From a plasmid, in sequence record NZ_CP090314.1: DNA of 20,351 bases. One strand, written 5' to 3'. Under the pieces are notes generated by a model. It saw nothing but the letters and a program-made list of their open reading frames with translations. It did no database searches and was not told the DNA's origin. The position numbers were made by a program, and so were the translations under genes. Positions within the stretch are counted from its first letter, which is position 1, and every line of letters starts with the position of its first letter. Shown piece by piece: positions 15,421 to 20,351 of the stretch.

Positions 15421-17430
15421 ATGATGCAAATAGATACTAGATTAATGGAGCAGGTTAAAGATGTTCTTCAGCAATTCGGTACTAAGTATATAACCAAAGA
15501 TGGTTCTCTAAAACGTAATGCCGTTATTAGCGACCTTGATAAATATGATAAAGACTTAATGGTAGCATTGTTGGCCAACAATCTTATTAAAGATGAATAT
15601 ACTGAACAAATAGCTGATACAACAGTATTCAAATTAAATCACTTTATTGAAATGTTTGAATATCAAGAGTTTTGGGGTAATAGTTTTACCAAATACGCCA
15701 ACCGAATTGGCCTTACCAGTGATGATAAATTCATTAGTGACTCAGACGATGTTGTATTAGATTTCCCCTATAAAGATACTGTTCTAAAAGCAGGTATGAC
15801 TAAAGATGATGTTGATAAAGAAGTCGGGGCTGATGAACCTTTTTTGAACGAAACATTAGCTCATTCTGAAATTAGTGAGTTATTTGAACCAAAAGTATTA
15901 GTTAATGCAAAACTATACGATACAGAAGGCGAACACAAAGCTACCAATTTTGATGATAATGATAATTTAGTAATTAAGGGCAATAATTTAATCGCTCTAC
16001 ATAGTATTGCCAAAAAGTACGCCGGAAAAATTAAACTCATTTATTTGGATCCACCCTATAACACAGGATCTGATTCCTTTAAATATAATGATCGATTTAG
16101 TCATGCTACTTGGCTCACGTTTATGAAGAGTCGATTGGAAATAGCAAAAACGCTAATGTCTGATAACGGGGTCATTGCTATCCAACTGGATGATTCTGAG
16201 GGACCATATCTAAAGGTACTGACAGACTCAATATTTGGTCGTGACAATGAATTATTCACGCAATATGTGTTAGTCCGATATGCTAATAAGACATTGAAAT
16301 CAGATATGGATTATCATAAACAAATAGAACAAATCCATTACTATAAAAAAAATTCTAATGCTGAGGTAAAACCCAACAAGGACAAAGTTCCATATGATTA
16401 TTCAAAATTCTGTTACGAAGTTAAAACGACTGGGAAACCTTCTTCATCAATTATGCTTGGCGATAAACAAGTTGATATTTTCACTAAAGACCAGGTTGAG
16501 TTTAAGAAAACCTCCGGTAATCCGGAAGGTCTTAAAGAAATATGGGCTTCTGGAACAATCTTAAATGGTAATTCCTCTGGAAGATTTTTTAGAGATTATT
16601 TAAGTGGCCGTTATAAAAAAGATGGTTATGGTGTGGTCTATAAAGTTTATGATATAGGCGATGATGGTAATGACTATAGATTCTTTACAGGTCCAAAGAA
16701 AGCAGGAGCTACTAAAGGAAAGTATTATCAAGGAGTTCCCCTAGATGTTAAAAACGGTAAAACTAGTCAAAAGTTATTGCCTATACCAGGCTTCATTGAT
16801 ATGGCAGGTTCATTTGGAAACGATCGTCTTGAAGGAGGCGTCGAATTAAGAAATGGAAAAAAGCCTGAGAAATTATTGAAAAATATTATTAAATATTTTA
16901 GTAATAAAAATGATTATGTTATGGACTTTTTCGCTGGTAGTGGCTCAACGTTAGCTACAGCAATGAAAATGAGTCGAAAATTTATAGCAATCGAACAAAT
17001 TAATGAACAAATCATAAAAATCAATAAACGATTAAATAATGTTATTCATGGTGATCAAACTGGTATTTCCAAGGAAGTTAATTGGCAAGGTGGCGGTTCA
17101 TTTGTCTACACCGAACTTATGAAAAAGAACCAGGGATTTCTTTATGACCTTCAGAAGGCAACTACCATTGACGAGCTTAATGCAGTTTATGACCGAATGA
17201 AACAGGGTGCTGATCTAGATTTTCGTGTCGACTTAAATAAATTTGAAAATGATTCTGAACGTGCTTCTCTACCATTTGAAGATCAGAAAAAGCTGTTAAT
17301 CAAGCTACTTGATAAGAACCAACTTTACTATAACGAAGCCAATATTGATGATGCAGACGTCCGTGACCTGATCTCGGATAGTGATTATCGATTCAATAAG
17401 AGCTTCTACAACGGGAAGGAGTCAAAGTAA
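15421..17430 (+). CDS. mod: Type III restriction-modification DNA methyltransferase (Mod, beta-class N6A/N4C MTase)
   Basis: Motif IV LIYLDPPYNTGSD precedes motif I VMDFFAGSGST (beta-class order). Central variable region. ATGG overlap with the downstream res. Confidence 0.85.
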   Translation: MMQIDTRLMEQVKDVLQQFGTKYITKDGSLKRNAVISDLDKYDKDLMVALLANNLIKDEYTEQIADTTVFKLNHFIEMFEYQEFWGNSFTKYANRIGLTSDDKFISDSDDVVLDFPYKDTVLKAGMTKDDVDKEVGADEPFLNETLAHSEISELFEPKVLVNAKLYDTEGEHKATNFDDNDNLVIKGNNLIALHSIAKKYAGKIKLIYLDPPYNTGSDSFKYNDRFSHATWLTFMKSRLEIAKTLMSDNGVIAIQLDDSEGPYLKVLTDSIFGRDNELFTQYVLVRYANKTLKSDMDYHKQIEQIHYYKKNSNAEVKPNKDKVPYDYSKFCYEVKTTGKPSSSIMLGDKQVDIFTKDQVEFKKTSGNPEGLKEIWASGTILNGNSSGRFFRDYLSGRYKKDGYGVVYKVYDIGDDGNDYRFFTGPKKAGATKGKYYQGVPLDVKNGKTSQKLLPIPGFIDMAGSFGNDRLEGGVELRNGKKPEKLLKNIIKYFSNKNDYVMDFFAGSGSTLATAMKMSRKFIAIEQINEQIIKINKRLNNVIHGDQTGISKEVNWQGGGSFVYTELMKKNQGFLYDLQKATTIDELNAVYDRMKQGADLDFRVDLNKFENDSERASLPFEDQKKLLIKLLDKNQLYYNEANIDDADVRDLISDSDYRFNKSFYNGKESK

Positions 17431-20063
17431 TGGCTCGTAAAAAAACAATACCCGAAGAAAAAATTGATCTCCAATTACTAAATGCTCTTAACAGCACCAG
17501 CCTTTTTTCACTCAAATCATCCTTAGAGGATAATCCCCTTTACATTACTAATAATCTAAAACACAAACTCCGTAATTACCAAATGGATGCTGTCCATCAC
17601 CTCGATGCAGTACTCAACATGAAGGATGCTGACCAACGTAATCAGTTGATGTTTTACATGGCCACAGGATCTGGAAAGACCGATATTATGGCCGCAATTA
17701 TCCTGTATATGTTTCGTGCCTGGGGTTATCAATGCTTCTTGTTTACCACTAATACAACTGCTGTTGTCGACAAGACTATTGATAACTTAGTAAATAGTGC
17801 TTCTGCTAAGTACCTTTACAACAATCCATTAGTTATTGATGGCGATCATGTTACGATTAAAAAAGTCGACCGATATCCAGTAAATCTTGAAAAGGATACA
17901 ATATATATCAAACTTGCTGGCATTCAACAATTATCAAATGACTATTACGCCCCCAGAGAAAATGGAATTACCAAGGATTCACTGGCAAGACATAAATTAG
18001 TCCTGCTTGCCGACGAAGCACACCACTTTAATGTTTCTACTCGCAGTAAGAAAGCTAATCGGGAGGGACTTAGTTGGGAGCATTTGCTTGATGAGATCAG
18101 GCAATTAAATCATGAAAATAAACAACTTGAATTTACTGCGACTATCGATCTTCATAATCCTGACATTTACCACAAGTATCAAAATAAGATCATTGCACAA
18201 TATGATCTTAGCCACTTCATTAATGATGGGTTTTCCAAAAAGGTCTACCGGCTTCAAGCAAATAATAGTGATGAAAATAAGATGCTCAATGCTGTACTCT
18301 TATCACAATATCGGAAGCGTATTGCTCAAAACATGAGTATTCCCGACTTTAAGCCTGTAATCTTGTTCAAATCGAATACAATCGCTGAATCAAGGGCTAT
18401 CAACGAAACCTTTTTGACAATGATTGACAACCTATCAGCAGAATCGTTGCAACAATTTATACAGAATCAAAACCGTTCAACGCAAAGTGAAGCACTCAGT
18501 CTTGCTTACAAGTATTGGCTAAATCAAGATTTTGGTTCTACAGTAACCGAGTTAAAACGCGATTTTAGCAAGTTTACAACGATTAACGCGAATGACTCTG
18601 GAAGTAAGAACATTCTTGATGACGAATCAGTTTCAAGAAGGCTCAATTCTTTGGAAAGTCCTGACAACCCGATTCGCTCTGTCTTCGCCGTTGCTAAGTT
18701 GAGTGAAGGTTGGGACGTTTTGAACCTCTTTGACATCGTCCGGATTGGCGAAAAAAATATCAAGCCTAAAGATACAAATGCTGAAGCCCAGCTTATTGGA
18801 CGTGGTGCCAGATACTATCCATTCGTTTATCACGGAAAGAAGTCATATACGAGAAGATTTGATGACCGTAAACCAGAAATTCAGCTTTTGGAGCGTTTGT
18901 ACTACCACACTATTAACGATCCACAATATCTGGAAAATCTTAGAAAATCACTAGATGCAATTGATCTACCTGTTAATGAAGATACTCAATACAAGGTGTA
19001 CACCGCTAAAGTAAAGAATTCGTTTAAGAAGACCAAAGCATATAAGCATGGGAATATTTACTATAATAAGGTCATTGACGTTCCTGAATCGCATTACGAT
19101 TCTATTCAGAAGTACGGCTTCGATCCTGAAACAACTGGACCAATTGATATGGTTGATGCTGTTTCTGAGCGAAGATACGATACTGGTGCGGATAAGAACG
19201 ATACCACCTCTACAACACTTGAAGTTGCTGCTAGATTTAGCAATCCTCAAGATAAGGCACTTATACGTACAGCCGTGTCCTTCAATAACTTCTACCGTTT
19301 TGACTCCCTTAAAAAATACTGTCCTACTTTAACAAGCATGCGAGAATTCTTAACTAGCAATGAATGGTTAGGGAACGCCACCATAAGAGTTAAGGTAGCA
19401 ACCGGTTCTCCTGCTCTAACTAACGAACAACGATTAACAGCAGTTAAAAAGTATTTAGTCCGTGTGCAAACAGCAATCTCTAATAACTTCAAACGCTCTA
19501 TTGGTACTAACGAGTTTATGCCTATCGCCGTTAATGAAGTTATTCAAGATTATCAAAAGCGTGTTGGTGATCAATTCGGCAAGAGTGCCTTAATAGGCCC
19601 TGATTCGATGCAGGGCAAAGACTGGTATGTCTATGATTATGCGATTGTAGATACCCTTGAAAAGCACTTTATTGACCATATCAATAGTATTATGCCTGAA
19701 CTAACACATCAGTACGGGCAAGCTTATCTACTACGTATTGATGAACGTACAACTGATTTCAAGTTACATGATTTTGGTGAGAATATTTTCCATTACGAAG
19801 GATATATGCCTGACTTTATTCTTTACCTTGAGAATGAGAACTTTATCTATCAGATATTCCTTGAACCTAAAGGGACACCTTATATAGAAAGGGATAAATG
19901 GAAGGAAAAACTTCTGGAACGAATTAATCCTGACAATATTAAAGTCCTAGGTGAAGACGAAAAAGTTAAGATCTATGGCCTGAAATTCTATGTTGAAGAT
20001 GATGGCAAAGAAGATACCCACGGTTTATTCCAAGAGATGCGCGACAAGAATATCTTGCAGTAA
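17430..20063 (+). CDS. res: Type III restriction enzyme Res subunit (SF2 helicase-like ATPase plus endonuclease), 877 aa
   Basis: Helicase motif I MATGSGKTD, motif II LLADEAHHF (DEAH) and later motifs (QLIGRGAR). Size and coupling to mod fit this call. Confidence 0.85.
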   Translation: MARKKTIPEEKIDLQLLNALNSTSLFSLKSSLEDNPLYITNNLKHKLRNYQMDAVHHLDAVLNMKDADQRNQLMFYMATGSGKTDIMAAIILYMFRAWGYQCFLFTTNTTAVVDKTIDNLVNSASAKYLYNNPLVIDGDHVTIKKVDRYPVNLEKDTIYIKLAGIQQLSNDYYAPRENGITKDSLARHKLVLLADEAHHFNVSTRSKKANREGLSWEHLLDEIRQLNHENKQLEFTATIDLHNPDIYHKYQNKIIAQYDLSHFINDGFSKKVYRLQANNSDENKMLNAVLLSQYRKRIAQNMSIPDFKPVILFKSNTIAESRAINETFLTMIDNLSAESLQQFIQNQNRSTQSEALSLAYKYWLNQDFGSTVTELKRDFSKFTTINANDSGSKNILDDESVSRRLNSLESPDNPIRSVFAVAKLSEGWDVLNLFDIVRIGEKNIKPKDTNAEAQLIGRGARYYPFVYHGKKSYTRRFDDRKPEIQLLERLYYHTINDPQYLENLRKSLDAIDLPVNEDTQYKVYTAKVKNSFKKTKAYKHGNIYYNKVIDVPESHYDSIQKYGFDPETTGPIDMVDAVSERRYDTGADKNDTTSTTLEVAARFSNPQDKALIRTAVSFNNFYRFDSLKKYCPTLTSMREFLTSNEWLGNATIRVKVATGSPALTNEQRLTAVKKYLVRVQTAISNNFKRSIGTNEFMPIAVNEVIQDYQKRVGDQFGKSALIGPDSMQGKDWYVYDYAIVDTLEKHFIDHINSIMPELTHQYGQAYLLRIDERTTDFKLHDFGENIFHYEGYMPDFILYLENENFIYQIFLEPKGTPYIERDKWKEKLLERINPDNIKVLGEDEKVKIYGLKFYVEDDGKEDTHGLFQEMRDKNILQ

Positions 20064-20143
20064 CCTCATGAGTGGTAAACTATTCGATTCATGATATAAT
20101 GTTTATAGAGATTAAGTCGTTATGAGGTTCATAGCGCAACACA

Positions 20144-20185
20144 AAAGCCCCCAGCAAGGTCCGAAGATGCTGAGGGCTTTTATTG
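20144..20185 (+). terminator. Rho-independent terminator after res (agcccccagc ... gctgagggct + T-run)
   Basis: GC-rich imperfect hairpin followed by ttttatt, 80 nt after the res stop. Confidence 0.55.
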
Positions 20186-20351
20186 TGGGCTTGTGCCGTT
20201 CGATTACTCGTTAATGGTGTCGGTTGTTAAGCCACCAGCTGAACCATACTACGATGAGCGAACTAACGAGCGAGATTAAGTCGTTTAAAAGGTCCATAGC
20301 CACCACCCCCTCTCTATCACGACAAGGGGACGAACGACAATATTAAGTATA

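Noticed and set aside
18112-19492. Six short ORFs on both strands within res
   Set aside because: All overlap the 877-aa res frame, which has clear helicase motifs.

Overview
This 20.4-kb window is a mosaic of accessory and plasmid-type modules from low-GC Firmicutes, of the kind seen in Lactobacillaceae. All calls are made by eye from the sequence and the ORF track.

Minus strand, reading from the start of the window:
- A copper-resistance locus. copY, a CopY-type repressor, is preceded by two TACAnnTGTA cop boxes. copB, a P1B-3 ATPase, has a CPH motif and a His/Met-rich N-terminus. Downstream lies a ~340-bp tandem duplication carrying two paralogous small Met/His-rich membrane peptides and a 5' fragment of the cupin gene, followed by the complete cupin gene.
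- A cadD-cadX cadmium-resistance pair. cadD carries a -1 frameshift in an A7 tract and is preceded by a perfect 40-bp palindrome.

Next:
- A translationally coupled pair: an Mrr_N-like winged-helix protein and a minimal ~195-aa tyrosine recombinase.
- A small hypothetical gene behind a three-half-site inverted repeat.
- A bacterial class-C-like group II intron (RT/maturase, no endonuclease domain), inserted on the minus strand directly after the rho-independent terminator of a MobC-like ribbon-helix-helix gene.
- A 330-bp array of the palindromic octamer GTAGCTAC.
- A rolling-circle Rep_1-family rep gene split by an IS30-family element, with an in-frame 15-bp direct repeat at both junctions.
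- An AT-rich heptamer (TGTAGTA) array, followed by parA and a small parB-like gene.
- A divergently transcribed serine-recombinase homologue in which every catalytic residue is substituted.
- A complete Type III restriction-modification system (mod and res).

The least conventional parts are the catalytically dead resolvase beside the Type III RM, the coupled wH protein and mini tyrosine recombinase, the GTAGCTAC array, and the IS30-disrupted rep with long in-frame flanking repeats.
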